A stretch of DNA of 19,693 bases. Origin: Nanobdellota archaeon (GTDB lineage: Archaea; Nanobdellota; Nanobdellia; Woesearchaeales; JAHWHD01). A model generated the notes under the pieces. It had not been told where the DNA came from. It searched no databases and worked only from the letters and a program-made list of their open reading frames with translations. The DNA lies in contig JAYENX010000007.1 of NCBI GenBank assembly GCA_034722435.1, positions 1 to 19,693 on the forward strand, in the 5' to 3' direction. Below are positions 19,108 to 19,693 of the stretch, in pieces (position 1 is the stretch's first letter; each line of letters starts with the position of its first letter). The translations under genes were made by a program, and so were the position numbers.

Positions 19108-19693
19108 ATGAAATTATACAAATCAAGAGCATCTGGAGTTGGGCATTTATTTACCCAGCCCAAATTAAAGAAGGACAGGGGGGAACTATCCCAGACAGCG
19201 AAGTCAGCATTAGAACACTGACTAAAAGAAAAGATATATAAAAGAAAGTTTGAGTTTTCTAATAAGTATACCGAGAATGGTATCACACAAGAAGATGAGA
19301 ATATAGATTACCTTGAAGCCAATTCAGAATACAAGAACTTAAAGAAGAATGAAGAACACTTTGAAAATGAATGAGTCACAGGGACACCTGACCTCTTGAC
19401 AGATGACAAGGTAATAGATATAAAATCATCTTTTAGTGGGGATACATTCCCTCTCTTTGATACAGAGATAACTAATAAATTATATATCTACCAATTACAA
19501 GCTTATATGTATCTTACTGGAAAGAGAAAAGCAGAGTTGGTCTATGTATTGGGTAACACAGCAGAGGAAGTTATTTTAAAAGAGTTCAACTATTCTGATA
19601 GTGAAGACTATGAGGAATTTAAGAAACAATATATCTATGATGGTATAGATTCAAAATACAGAATCAAAAGATTTGAGGTTGAATACGACCCAG
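19108..19693 (+). CDS. YqaJ/lambda-exonuclease-like PD-(D/E)XK nuclease (partial, runs off right edge)
   Basis: KSRASGVGHLFT...FSNKYTENGITQE...KNEEHFENEWVTGTPDLLTDDKVIDIKSS...YQLQAYMYLTGKRKAELVY; two in-frame TGA codons. Confidence 0.85.

Noticed and set aside
15824-19286. Minus-strand track ORFs 15824..16027, 18255..18461, 18358..18927, 19065..19286
   Set aside because: Antisense shadows of plus-strand genes that become continuous under TGA=Trp.
997-19693. TGA=Gly (table 25, Gracilibacteria/Absconditabacteria type)
   Set aside because: TGA falls at positions where the families expect Trp, TGG is almost absent, and no collagen or Walker A glycine uses TGA.
997-19693. Decayed prophage (pseudogenes) or selenocysteine recoding
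   Set aside because: All interruptions are TGA, with no internal TAA/TAG or frameshifts. The affected proteins are not selenoprotein types and the TGA positions are not Cys-like.

Overview
AT-rich dsDNA tailed-phage segment with a podovirus-type gene set that reads TGA as tryptophan (translation table 4). The supplied ORF track is fragmented for this reason. Re-reading with TGA=Trp joins the pieces into full-length genes that all end in TAA (one TAG). The minus strand (13176 to 1) carries the morphogenesis module: TerS, TerL, portal, scaffold, major capsid, adaptor, nozzle-like protein, two ejection-type proteins (one with a peptidoglycan-binding domain and a lytic-transglycosylase domain) and a collagen-containing fibre truncated at the left edge. 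A divergent control region (about 13180-13660) holds 11 GTTACA repeats, a DnaA box and back-to-back sigma70-type promoters. The plus strand carries a Prim-Pol/SF3 primase-helicase, a shortened beta-clamp-like protein, an SSB-like protein, several hypotheticals and a YqaJ/lambda-type exonuclease truncated at the right edge. Most interesting: (1) genome-wide TGA=Trp together with cell-wall-degrading domains, which argues for a walled code-4 host rather than a Mollicute; (2) two homologous long intergenic RNA hairpins with compensatory changes and a shared alternative fold just upstream of start codons. All family assignments come from motif recognition by eye; no searches were run.
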